Shown here piece after piece: positions 1 to 12,022 of a DNA stretch of 64,000 nt. Made by a program: the position numbers and the translations under genes. The notes below the pieces were generated by a model. The model saw nothing but the letters and a program-made list of their open reading frames with translations, did no database searches and was not told where the DNA came from. The stretch's first letter is position 1, and each line of letters opens with the position of its first letter. The stretch spans positions 69,787,830-69,851,829 of the forward strand of contig NC_052164.1 of assembly GCF_902713615.1 (NCBI RefSeq), given 5' to 3'. The DNA is from Scyliorhinus canicula. Taxonomy: Eukaryota.

Positions 1-842
1 AGCGGTATATAGTCCAACACATAATCAGGACAGTGGCACACTGGTCCTTCGAGCATATCCCAAACAATGTGCATCATATACAAAATCTATCTCACATTAC
101 CAGTAAGCTATGTAATCTGTGAAGCATAAGTTGCTTGTGGAAGATTCCCATATGGTCCCAAGCACTGAAACAGCATCAGCTTAGAACTTGAACGCTACAC
201 AATGCTGAATATTTGCCACCTCATGTAAACCCCGCTAAGTATCTGTAGTAATGCTATCAGTGCTGTATGAGCAGCTTGGTTGATGCCTTTTTACCAACCT
301 CATTTGAAGTTGGCAGGTGTCCTTGGAAAACAACATTCCAGGAAACCAAAGTGAAAAAGAAAACCCGTAATTATATGGGCCAATAATAGAATTCAAGAGT
401 TAAGGCCCATCTTTCAGAATCACCCCGGGGCTGAAAAGCAGAATGAAGAAAGTGCATTAATGTGATTAATGAGAAATTTGTGAAATCAAGCTTGTGTTTT
501 AAAAGGTAGGAAGAAAAGGGGATGTATTTGTCCCCCATCCCAAGATCTTGTGAAGCAATGAAGGAGAATAGAACCCATTGACATGAATCTTGACTGCAGC
601 AGTGTGAAATAGTGATCAACAATGAACAGACCTGCCTTCCATAACAAGTGTCTGCCAATCCCTGACTGGTTCCATGCCAGATGATTGCTGGCAATATGCC
701 CTCTTGCTTAATATGCAGATATTTCAATGACTGAATTTTTGATCAACATTTCCAGAACTCATTAGGGTTTGGAGTGGGGTGTGGGGGAGGATTGATGCAG
801 TACACATTTAAAAAAGTACAATTACTACATAATCTGTTATCA

Positions 843-1036
843 GGGCAACATGGTGGCACAGTGGTCAGCACTGTTGCATCACTGCGCCAAGGACCAGGGT
901 TTGACCCGGCCCTGTGTCACGTCCATGTGGAATGTGTACATTCTCCCCTTGTATGTGTGTGTCTCACACCCACAACCCAAAGATGTGCAGGGTAAGTGGA
1001 CTGGCCATGCTAAATTGCCCCTTAATTGGAAAAATC
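843..1036 (+). mobile_element. tRNA-derived V-SINE (HE1-like, short form)
   Basis: A/B-box head, GTGGA..TG.ACATTCTCCCC V-domain, GGCCATGCTAAATTGCCC. Confidence 0.85.
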
Positions 1037-1924
1037 AAATATATATCTATATATATATATAATATGTGTTATCGATGTCTGGTCAGCTCTCAACAGTGGC
1101 TAACATACGGGACCAGATGCCATAACTTTTTAAAGTTTTAATGCGGTGTGGAAAGATCGATTCATTCCAGGAGTGATAATATAAGAAATAGGGCTTGGTT
1201 ATTTTATAAACAAACTTCATTTAAACAAAAGAAAAGAAAACAATATTTAAACTTTTACTTCAGCTCTAACACCAACTGATTATATGCAGTTTCCTAACCT
1301 TAACGCACTAGTTCCCATGAAACAATATTTTACACAAACATGTTCCACTCACACAAATAGACAAAGGCAATACTTGCATTGATAAAGCATTTTTTCTTCT
1401 GTTAGGAACAGTTGTTCAGAACCCTTTGCCAAAGCCTGCCCCAGTGACAACTTTCATGATCTCACTGATCCAATTCCACAGCCTTCTGCCTATAACTGTT
1501 CAGGTCAGCATTCTTTCTCTCGCTCTCGAAGCTCCGCCCACCCCTTCAAACAAAGGTTCACTCCTGAGGTGGCCAGGCTTGAATCCATATCGTTATCTTG
1601 GCTGTCTCATTTCCCACTCCCCTTTCTACAAAAGAACAGAGCTATGCCATTCATATGCAACTACCCTTCCACAGACTCTGTGATGGACTAATATCTGGTC
1701 AGCAAGGTTGCCCTGAAGATAATGGATCTTGAGTGGATCATCCTGACTGAACCAGGGCATCCTATGTACTCCCACTACCAAGATTACGTCTGAATGGGAC
1801 AAGGTAATTCATGCTGTGGGCATATCTCTCGGACTCTGCTGCCAGCAGTCTTTTCCCTCAGTCAGTTTAACCCCTAAATTGCCTGCCATATATTGGACCC
1901 CATTTCTGGACCCAAGTTCAGAAC

Positions 1925-2341
1925 AGGGACAGGAATGGTTGTTGGAAGTTCCGGGGTATAGATGTTTCAGTAAGAGTAGGGAAGGTGGTAAAAGAGGTGG
2001 AGGAGTATCATTGTTAATCAAGGATAGTTTAATGGCTGCAGAAAGGCAGTTCGAAGGGGATCTTCCTACTGAGGTAATATGGGCCGAAGTTAGAAATAGG
2101 AAAGGAGCGGTCACGTTGTTAGGAGTTTCCTATAGGCCCCCAAATAGTAATAGAGATGTGGAGGAAGAAATTGCAAAACAGATTATGGATAAGTTTGGAA
2201 GTCTCAGGTTAGTTCTCATGGGTGACTTTAACTTTCCAAATATTGATTGGAACCTCTATAGGTCGAACAGTTTGGATGGGGCAGTTTTTGTACAGTGTGT
2301 GCAGAAGGGTTTCCTGACACAATATGTGGGTAGGCCGACAA

Positions 2342-2382
<41 letters not shown>

Positions 2383-2525
2383 TTGGATGCGATTAGGCTA
2401 GAATTAGGGAGCATAAGATGAGAACAGAAACTGTCAGGGAAAGGCACAAATGAAAAGTGGAGCTTGTTCAAGGAACAAATACTGCGTGTCCTTGATAGGT
2501 ATGCCCCTGTCAGGCAGGGAGGAAA
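1925..2525 (+). mobile_element. CR1-clade LINE ORF2, APE endonuclease fragment
   Basis: GYRCF...RGGGVSLLIK...YRPPNS...MGDFNFPNIDW...FLTQYV.RPTR; contains a poly-G expansion and internal deletion. Confidence 0.9.
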
Positions 2526-2903
2526 TGCAACGCCATCCCCGCTCTCAAGACCAACCGCAACATCGTCATCAAACCAGCAGACAAAGGAAGGGCCACCGTC
2601 ATACTGAACAGAACGGACTACTGCAAAGAAGTATACCGACAACTCAACAACCAGGAACATTACAGACAGTTACCCGCAGATCCGACCAAAGAACACATCC
2701 GCCAACTCAACAGACTGATCAAGACCTTAGATCCAGACCTTCAGAGCACCTTGCGTGCTCTCATCCCACGTCCCATCCCATTCCCCGCATTGGAGATCTC
2801 TACTGCCTCCCGGAAATACACAAGGCCAAAACACCAGGCCGCCCTATCGTTTCAGTAAGAAGTCTTACAACACCAGGTTAAAGTCCAACAGGTTTGTTTC
2901 AAA

Positions 2904-2938
2904 CACGAGCTTTCGGAGCACAGCTCCTTCCTCAGGTG
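2904..2938 (-). ncRNA. Minimal hammerhead ribozyme motif, mirror copy
   Basis: Reverse complement reads CAC CTGAGGA A GGAGC TGT GCTCC GAAA GCTC GTG with fully paired helix II. Confidence 0.7.
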
Positions 2939-2944
2939 AAATTT

Positions 2945-2979
2945 CACCTGAGGAAGGAGCTGTGCTCTGAAAGCTCGTG
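2945..2979 (+). ncRNA. Minimal hammerhead ribozyme motif (Penelope type)
   Basis: CAC-CTGAGGA-A-GGAGC tgt GCTCT-GAAA-GCTC-GTG: catalytic boxes CUGANGA and GAAA, helix II, palindromic AGCT in place of helix III. Confidence 0.7.
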
Positions 2980-4785
2980 TTTGAAACAAACCTGTTGGAC
3001 TTTAACCTGGTGTTGTAAGACTTCTTACTGTGCTCACCCCAGTCCAACGCCGGCATCTCCACATCATGGCTATCGTTTCAGGCAATGGGACACTGTGAGA
3101 ACCTCTCTGGCTATATCGAAGGCATCTTGAAACCCATCGTACAAGGTACGCCCAGCTTCTGTCGCGACACGACGGGCTTCCTTCAGAAACTCAGCACCCA
3201 TGGACCAGTTGAACCAGGAACATTCCTCTTCACAATGGACGTTTCGGCACTCTACACCAGCATCCCCCATGACGACGGCATTGCTGCAACAGCCTCACTC
3301 CTCAACACCGACAACTGCCAATCTCCAGATGTAATTCTGCAACTCATCCGCTTCATTCAGGATCACAACGTCTTCACCTTTGACAACAAGTTCTTCATCC
3401 AGACGCACGGAACAGCCATGGGGTCCAAACACGTACCTCAATATGCCAACATCTTCATGCACAAGTTTGAACAAGACGTCCTCACCACACAGGACCTTCA
3501 ACCGACGTTAGACACCAGATACATCAATGACATTTTGTTCCTTTGGATCCACGGCGAAGAATCACTGAAACGACTACACGATGACATCAATGAGTTCCAT
3601 CCCACCATCAGACTCACCATGGACTACTCTCCAAAATCAGTTGCATTCTTGGACACACTCGTCTCCATCAAGGACGGTCACCTCAGCACTTCGCTTTACC
3701 GCAAGCCCACGGAAAACCTCACGATGCTCCACTTCTCCAGCTTCCACCCTAAACACATTAAAGAAGCCATCCCCTGTGGACAAGCCCTCCGTATACACAG
3801 GATCTGCTCAGACGAGGAGGAGCGTAACAGACGCTGAAGGATGCCCTCGTATGAACGGGATATGGCGCTCGACTCATCGATCGACAGTTCCAACGCGCCA
3901 CAGCAAAAAACCACACTAACCTCCTCAGAAGACAAACACGGGACACAACTGACAGAACACCCTTAATCGTCCAGTACTTTCCCGGAGCGGAGAAACTACG
4001 ACATCTTCTTCGCAGCCTTCAATACGTCATCGATGAAGATGAACATCTTGCCAAGGTCATCCCCACATCCCCACTACTTGCCTTCAAACAACTGCGCAAC
4101 CTCAAACAAACCATTGTTTGCAGCAAACTACCCAGCCTTCAGAACAGCGACCACAACACCACACAACCATGCCATGGCAATCTCTGCAAGACGTGCCAGA
4201 TCATCGACATGGGTACCACCATTACACGTGGGAACACCACCCACCAGGTATGCGGTACATACTCGTGCGACTCGGCCAACGTTGTCTACCTCATACGCTG
4301 CAGGAAAGGATGTCCCGAAACGTGGTACATTGGCGAGACCATGCAGACGCTGCGACAACGAATGCACGGACATTGCGTGACAATCACCAGGCAGGAATGT
4401 TCCCTTCCAGTCGGGGAACACTTCAGCCGTCAAGGGCATTCAGCCTCTGATCTCCGTGTAAGTGTTCTCCAAGGCGGCCTTCAGGGCAGGCAACAATGCA
4501 GAATCGCTGAGCAGAAACTTATAGCCAAGTTCCGCACACATGAGTGCGGCCTCAACTGGGACCTGGGATTCATGTTGCATTACATTCATCCCCCACCATC
4601 TGGCCTGGGCTTGCAAAATCCTACCAACTGTCCTGGCTAGAGACAATTCACACCTCTTTAACGTGGGGTTACCCCTATCTTTGGATCTGTAAAGATTTAA
4701 TTACCCACAAATGCTCGCATTCTAAGCATTGTCTGGCATCTTTGAATTTGTCTATATATATGTTTCTGGAACATATCTCTTCATT

Positions 4786-4820
4786 CACCTGAGGAAGGAA
4801 CAGTGCTCCGAAAGCTAGTG
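4786..4820 (+). ncRNA. Minimal hammerhead ribozyme motif in the Penelope pLTR
   Basis: CAC CTGAGGA A GGAAC agt GCTCC GAAA GCTA GTG; one helix II mismatch. Confidence 0.65.
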
Positions 4821-4902
4821 TTTGAAACAAACATGTTGGACTTTAATCTGGTGTTGTAAGACTTCTTACTGTGCTCACCCCGTCCAACGCCGGCATCTCC
4901 AC

Positions 4903-5020
4903 CTTATTAAGAAAGTAAGGAGGTGTGGGATAGAGGGAAATTTGGCCAATTGGATAAGTAACTGGCTATCACATAGAAGACAGAGGGTGGTGGTGGATGG
5001 AAAATTTTCAGACTGGAGTC
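4903..5020 (+). mobile_element. CR1 ORF2 RT fragment (continues at 8857)
   Basis: LIKKVRRCGIEGNLANWISNWLSHRRQRVVVDGKFSDWS, then interrupted by the LTR element. Confidence 0.88.
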
Positions 5021-8000
5021 TGTGGTGATCACAAGTTAACTAGATGCAATACAACTGAGCAAACACTAGAGGGAGCATGGGAGAGCCATATAAATAGACC
5101 GGGCAGGAAGTGAGGGCACACTTCACAGAAGGCAGAACTCGTAGCAGGGCACAGACACACCAGCTAGTAGCACTTGAGGTAGCCGTAGGTAAAGCTCTGA
5201 AGAGAGAACAAATTCACAATAAAGCATCTCCTCCACATTTGAGACTACGAGCTTTATTAAGACACGAGGAACAACACATGGTACCAGCAGTGGCTTCAGA
5301 CGCTTACTACAGGACAACTCAGCTGCAGATACAGAAAGAACAAAATGGCATGAAAATCTCTTACTGGACATTTGACTTGGGAAGACATCGCTAATTCGAG
5401 GATGTGGCATGGATACCCACCTCAGCTGGACATGACTGGCAATGTAAGAAATGTCTGGAAAAGGTTTAAACAAATGTTCGATTTTTATCTCATAGCTAAT
5501 GATGTAGCAGCAGCCTCAGACAAAATTAAAATAGCAATTCTCATCGCAGGGCATGAAAATAGGAAAGTTTATAATGGATTTAAATACTCAAAAAGTGAAG
5601 ACAGAAACAGCTTACAAACGATACTAAACAAATTTGAAGAGTACTGTAAGGAATTTGAACAGCAAGGCATGCTCAGAGGCCAAACTGCAGAGAGGCTGAG
5701 TGATGCAAAACTTAAAAAATCACGAAAAGAACAAGAAATCGCAAATGAAAGGTACAGATCAAAAAGAAGAAATAACATGAATTTTTCACAAAGCCAACAC
5801 ACTGAAATCCAGTCCAGATCGGAAAGAAAAGGTAACTTACAACTTTTAGAAAGAAAAAACGCTGAAATCCGCGAAAAAATGGCGTCGGAGCACATTTTGC
5901 AGTCTCGGGCAAGCAAAGAACTCCAAATTGCGTCTGCGCATGCGCCGGAACCGGAAGCCGCGCATGCGCAGTTAAAAAAAGGTTGCGTTGCCGATCGTTA
6001 TGCGCATGCGCAATGGACACAAAACCGCACAGTGAAGGAGGAAGGCCGATTTGCGCGTGCGCAATTCATTCCTACGCGTGACGTCATGACGTCTGAGCAT
6101 CCTACTTAAAAGGGAAATGCCCGAAAATTGAAAACAAGACACTTAAAGTGGTAAAAGCAAATTTTCTTGCCTCAGAACACAGAAAAACGCCTGAACTTAA
6201 ACCAGCAGTTAAAAATAACTCGCACAACACCCTGGAAAAAGCAGTCTGCACCACCCAAAGTGAAGAGAACAAAAAGAATTCCGAAACAACAAAAGATGAT
6301 TTGTTTTTCGAAGATTACCTCTCAGACATGGCTGAGTCAGTCGGATATGCTTATAACAGCATCAGCGACACGGTCGCAAAGTTCAACACGAATCAACTCG
6401 TGGTAGAAGAATCCAACCAAGATGATTTGGTTTTCGAAGAATACTACTCAGACATAGCTGAGTCAGTCGGATATGCTAATCACAGCATCAGCGACACGGT
6501 CGCAAAGTTCAACACGAACCAACTCGTGGTAGAAGAAGCCAACCAAGATGATTTGGGTTTCAAAGAATACTACTCAGAGATGGCTGAGTTATTTATGCTG
6601 ATCACAGCATCAGCGACACCGTTGCAAAGCTCAACATGAATCTACTCGTGGTAGATGAATCCAACACCATGATACCATGGCAGCTCGTCGATACATTGGA
6701 TGACAGCAATACCCAAGACGAAGACGACGCCACACAAGGAGCACAGAAAGACTCCACAGAGCGAGCGATGACAGGCTCCACAGTGCGAGTGATGAAAGAC
6801 TCCAACAGGGATGCAAGCAAACACTCCCTGGCGAACACCATGCATGAACAAGACCATGAAGGTAAACCCGCTGTATCTGAGCAACCACAAGCAGACTATG
6901 AAAGTCTACCAAGCTCACATGAACAGGAAGAAGACAATGTACCTCTACCCACTGCATGCGAAAACAGTGACAAGGTGATCACACTCGACGTACAGGATCA
7001 CAGCGAGACTGACAGTTCTCAGCTTGTCTGTACAGAAGCACAGAGTCGGGCCACCCAACAGACCAGTGAGACCATGCCAACAGAAACCATGCAGATTTTG
7101 ACTCCAGAAGAGGAGCACCTGGAGTCCAGTGAGACAACATCAACAGAAATCATGAAGATTTTAACTCCAGAAGAGGAGCACCAAGAGTCCAGAGAGACCA
7201 CGTCAATTGTAATCATGAAGTTTTTGACTCCAGAAGAGGAGCGCCAAGAATCCAGAGACACCGCGTCAAATGAAATCGAGAAGAAGTTGACTCCAGAAGA
7301 GGAGCACCAAGAAAGCAAAGATGAGGAATCAAATCCTCCACACATGATTGATGTCACCAGCACCGATGCAACATCAGATCATTCTCACCATTCTCGAGAC
7401 GAAATGTTCAATGACTCAAATTATCCACACGGGACACTCATAGAGTATAACAAGAAAAACAAAAGTCAAAAGAAGCACAGCAGAAACGAGAACAACAACA
7501 GCAAGAACAAAAGCAACATGAAGCGCGACAAGACCAACAACAATAGCAAGAAGCACAGCAGAAACGAGAACAACAACAGCAAGAACAAAAGCAACATGAA
7601 GCGTGACAAGACAAACAACAAAGTCAGGCACAACAGCAAGAACAAAAGCAACATGAAGCGCGACAAGACAAACAACAAAGTCAGGCACAAAGATAGCGAC
7701 AACGACAGAGACAGAAACAACAAGAACGGCAACGAAAACAACAAAGTCAGGAACAAAGATAGCAACAACACCAAAGACAGAAACGACAAGAACAGCAACA
7801 AGAACGGCAACGAAAACAACAAAGTCAGGAACAACGATGGCGACAACACCAAAGACAGAAACAACAAAAACAGCAACAAGTACGGCAACGAAAACAACAA
7901 AGACAGGAACGACAGAAACAACAGCAATGAAACAACGACTTGTACACAATGGTACTACTCGGCACATGAAGGACAATGCCACAGCACACTGCAAAACGAT

Positions 8001-8856
8001 GACAAGACTACAAACATGTCATGGGATGACGACGAATCGCACAAACTCACATCTGCTCCAGAACAAGCAAGCACACCAGCATCCAAGGCGGATGAGATAA
8101 TAAATCAATACCACAAGCACAGAAAAAAGTCCATGCCAGTCAACATCAGTGATGTGACCATGCAAACACCTCGGGATGACGCATTGGGTACTTAAAATAA
8201 CAAGGAACACCAACAACATTCACAACGGAGCTGCAATATCAATATCACCACGTCATCAACAACAAAAAGAAAAAAAAAATGAACAAATTCATCAAGTTTG
8301 GACTCATAAATGTTTTATTAAGATTGGACTCATAAATACATTGGCTTTGTAAAAAAAAAATATGCAATAGCACCATCACTTGTATAGATACGCATATCGT
8401 AAGTAACTGTTTTGTATAATTTTCTTTAACGATGTACAGAAAATATGTAAAGAGAAAAAGGGGGATGTGGTGATCGTAGATTGACTAGATACAATACAAT
8501 TGAGCAAACACTAGAGGGAGAGCTATAAATACACCGGGACAGGATGTACAATTTTCTTTAACGATGTACAGAAAATATGTAAAGAGAAAAAGGGGGATGT
8601 GGTGATCACAAGTTAACTAGATGCAATACAACTGAGCAAACACTAGAGGGAGCACGGGAGAGCCATATAAATAGACCGGGACAGGAAGTGAGGACACACT
8701 TCACAGAAGGCAGAACTCGTAGCAGGGCACAGACACACCAGCTAGTAGCACTTGAGGTAGCCGTAGGTAAAGCTCTGAAGAGAGAACAAATTCACAATAA
8801 AGCATCTTCTCCACATTTGAGACTACGAGCTTTATTAAGACACGAGGAACAACACA
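5021..8856 (+). mobile_element. Non-autonomous Ty3/Gypsy-type LTR retroelement (no pol)
   Basis: LTRs 5021-5278 and 8598-8856 (TG...CA, about 4 differences), 5-bp TSD GAGTC (5016-5020, 8857-8861), PBS TGGTACCAGCAGTGG at 5279 (tRNA-Leu-like), PPT AAAGAGAAAAAGGGGGA 8581-8597, TATAAATA and AATAAA within the LTR. Confidence 0.95.
5345..8195 (+). pseudogene. Disrupted long ORF of the LTR element: Gag N-terminal domain plus tandem repeats and low-complexity tail
   Basis: GNVRNVWKRFKQMFDFYLIA...KIAIL...VYNGF...ILNKFEEYC is a Mag-like Gypsy Gag N-terminus. ATG at 5345 has TGA at codon 3. ORFs 5372-6109, 6148-6639 and 6636-8195 are joined by two frameshifts. Confidence 0.75.
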
Positions 8857-9875
8857 GAGTCCAGTTGCCAGTGGTCTACTACAGAGATCAGTACTGTGTC
8901 CTCTGCTATTTGTGATTTTTATCAATGACTTGGAGGAGGGGGCTGAAGAGTGGGTCAGTAAATTTGCTGATGACACCAAGATTGGTGGAGTAGTGGATGA
9001 GGTGGAGGGCTGTTGTAGGCTGCAAAGATACATTGATAGGATGCAGAACTGGGCTGAAAAATGGCAGATGGAGTTTAACCCTGATCAGTGCGAGGTGATT
9101 CATTTTGGTAGAAAAAATTTGAATGCGGATTACAGGGTCAACGGCAGGATTCTGAGGAATGTGGAGGAACAGAGAGATCTTGGGGTTCATGTCCACAGAT
9201 CTCTGAAGTTTGCCAATCAAGTGGATAGAGCCGTGAAGGTTCATGTCCACAGATCTCTGAAGTTTGCCAATCAAGTGGATAGAGCCGTGAAGAAGGCCTA
9301 TAGTGTGTTAGCGTTTATTGACAGGGGGCTTGCAACTGTACATGACCCTGGTGAGACCACATTTGGAGTATTGTGTGCAGTTCTGGTCACTTCACTATAG
9401 GAAGGATGTGGAAGCATTGGAAAGGGTGCAAAGGAGATTTACCAGGATGCTGCCTGGTTTGCAGGATAGGTCTTATAAGGAAAGGTTGAGGGAGCTAGGG
9501 CTTTTCCCTTTGGAGCGGAGGAGGATGAGAGGCGACTTAATAGAGGTTTATAAGATGATGAGGGGAATAGATAGAGTGGATGTTCAGAGACTATTTCCTT
9601 GGGTGGATGTAGCTGTTGCAAGGGGGCATAACTATAAGGTTCAGGGTGGGAGATATAGGAGGGATGTCCGAGGTAGGTTCTTTACTCAGAGAGTGGTTAG
9701 GGTGTGGAATGGACTGCCTGCTGTGATAGTGGAATCGGACACTTCAGGAACTTTCAAGCGGTTATTGGATAGGCACATGGAGCACACCAGAATGACAGGG
9801 AGTGGGATAGCTTGATCTTGGTTTCGGAAAATGCTCGGCACAATATGTGCTGTACTGTTCTATGTTCTATGTTCT
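8857..9875 (+). mobile_element. CR1 (HER1-like) ORF2 3' half and tail
   Basis: LFVIFINDL...KFADDTK...RPHLEYCVQFWS...RGDLIEVYK...FFTQRVV..WN.LP; (TTCTATG)n tail; 54-bp internal tandem duplication near 9184-9292. Confidence 0.93.
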
Positions 9876-11169
9876 AAGTTCCTAGTATCTCCCTATCATG
9901 ACAGATGTTAAGAAGCTGGATAGAGATATTTGAGTAAATAGAAAATACTGAAAGTGCAATGCAGTCCTATCATCATCTCCAGTGAAAAAGATCAGTGTCC
10001 CAAATTGGTTTGAGTGTTACTGAATAGTCATCGGGAACCGCATCTGATTTTCTTTTCACTTCTTCTGGGTGCACCAAGTCCGATTCTAGCACCACCTCCT
10101 TGCTCAGCACAGACTGGAACCTTCCAATAATCTAACTGTTTTTAATGTTGAATTTCTCAAGGGAAATGAGAGATGGGCAACAAATGCTGGCCCAGCCAAC
10201 AACACTCCCATCCCCATGAATGAATTTTAAAAAAATACTCATTGGATAAACTGACTCAAATCCACTACAAGAGTCACAGCAAGAGAGAGAGAGATGGGCC
10301 TACCTCTTAGGTCTCCATCAAAATTAATGCTCACGGTCTCCTCCCAGAGCATAAACCCACCATCTCCCAGATAACCTGAACTTATAGTCATCTGTGCTTC
10401 AAATGTAGATCCCAGCTTTTCCTTTAGACTCTTGTGCAGTAATTCCACCAATAAGGAAGGACCTCGTCAGGACAATTTCCTTTGCCTGTTGCCTGCATGC
10501 ACACGTCTGCCCATTAATCGGATAGAGAATCACAGATGAGCCTGGCATTCCGATCTGTACAATCAGCAGTTACAGCTCCATCAATAGCACAAACTTGGAA
10601 AATTATCCCCTCTCCAGTCACAAATTAAGGCCCCCTCCCCCAGGGGCAACGTTGTCGCTGTGATTTTCCGCTCACCGACATGGAAGTGCAATGGGAGATA
10701 CTGAGCTGGATTCTCCCTGTGGGTTTCTGATCAGAAACCCTCATTGTATGGGGAACAGTCACCGAATTAACAGCACGCCGTCCAATTAACAGAGCAATTG
10801 GGTTCTTGAAGTTGGAAAACCAATCAGAGGGGGAGGGCACTTCAAAAATGGCTCCCTCTCTCCAACCTTTTCACAAGTTAAGTAAAAAATTACCTAGCAG
10901 CTGGGCCACCAGTCTTGGGATGGGGGGTAAGGTGAACCCCGCTACAGGACGACCTGAGTCGACTGCTGCCCCCCTGTCAGGCACGGTTGGCTCAAGTCTA
11001 CCAGCGCTCTGTGGTCCCCTGGTTTGTGGTTGGGTAGTCATCGCCACCTCCAGGAGGATGTGGAAAATCCTAGCTCGCCTTAATAGGCCCTTTGCAAATT
11101 TAATCAGCTACCCGCCCGTATCCTTTCCCCAACTCGCCTCCTGGAGAATGGTCAGCGAGGAGGAAAGGA

Positions 11170-11344
11170 TAATAATAATAATAATAATCTTTTATTGTCA
11201 CAAGTGTGAAGTTACTGGGCAAAAGCCCCTAGTCGCCACATTCCGGCGCCTGTTTGGGTAAGCTGGTACGGGAATTGAGCCCGCGCAGCTTGCCTTATTC
11301 TGCATTACAAACCAGCTGTCTATCCCACTGAGCTAAACCAGCCC
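11170..11344 (-). mobile_element. Short tRNA-derived SINE with GGCGACTAGGGGCTTTT tail
   Basis: Minus strand GGGCTGGTTTAGCTCAGTGGG...TCAATTCCCGTACC...GGAATGTGGCGACTAGGGGCTTTT...(ATT)n. Confidence 0.8.
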
Positions 11345-11799
11345 TGGTGTCCTCACACGGTCCAGCCACGTTTCTAGTCCTGGCAGGGGCTCAATGTCCA
11401 GAACTGAAACTTGTGCCCCACATCCAGCAAAGTTGCTGAGCAGAGAGTCTCTCTGTCGCCGGCCTGCGAGCCCGTGGTTTGGGAAAGGAAGTTATCCTTG
11501 AGCGGTGCTTTTTAGAAATTTAGCCACGTCCTGTGTACTTACAACCATTGTAAAATTGTGGCCAAAATTCTTGATTAGCTAACTTTGTTGCCAACATGTG
11601 TAAATTCCCAAGATTCCTCCCATTGTGTTCTATTTATAACTTGAGCCCCAGGATTTCAATTCTGTGTTTCATAAACAAATCAATCAGTGAGTGTAGATTC
11701 TAAATTTAGAAGGTGAGTGCCCTTTATTGTACGTGCTGTGACTTTGTAATTCAGACTGCGGGGAGGCGGCTCATTAGTTGAACCATGCTGTATGAAGTA

Positions 11800-12022
11800 G
11801 GATGAAATGAAAAATGAAAATCGCTTATTGTCACGAGTAGGCTTCAATGAAGTTACTGTGAAAAGCCCCTAGTCGCCACATTCTGGCGCCTGTCCGGGGA
11901 GGCTGGTACGGGAATCGAACCGTGCTGCTGGCCTGCTTGGTCTGCTTTAAAAGCCAGCGATTTAGCTGAGTGAGCTAAACCAGCCCCTAGTGAGTTAAAC
12001 CAGCCCCTGTGAGCTAAACCAG
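11800..12022 (-). mobile_element. Short tRNA-derived SINE, same family, with triplicated 5' end
   Basis: Same head and tail, (TTTCA)n end; gag(c/t)taaaccag occurs three times at 11972-12022. Confidence 0.8.

Larger units (their letters stand above)
2856..3069. mobile_element. Palindromic Penelope pLTR mini-element nested in the Penelope RT ORF
   Basis: Flanked by direct repeat CTATCGTTTCAG (2844-2855 and 3070-3081). Arms 2853-2941 and 2942-3030 are inverted. Right arm plus tail matches 4784-4902. Confidence 0.9.
2528..4902 (+). mobile_element. Penelope-like element, 5'-truncated (RT, C-terminal GIY-YIG endonuclease, pseudo-LTR)
   Basis: IVIKPADKG, GRPIVS, MDVSALYTSIP, GTAMGS, RYIND(D)I, FLD, LYRKPT; then NVVYLIRC...YIGET...LRQR...H...E...GLN. 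Several frameshifts. 3' pLTR about 4590-4902. Confidence 0.93.

Noticed and set aside
6095-6150. Programmed -1 frameshift between LTR-element ORFs
   Set aside because: No canonical slippery heptamer before the stop; more likely a copy-specific indel, to be settled by a consensus.
7416-7994. Long hydrophobic minus-strand ORFs (V/L/F-rich)
   Set aside because: The plus strand is nearly T-free here, so the minus strand lacks A and cannot form stops; these are shadow ORFs.
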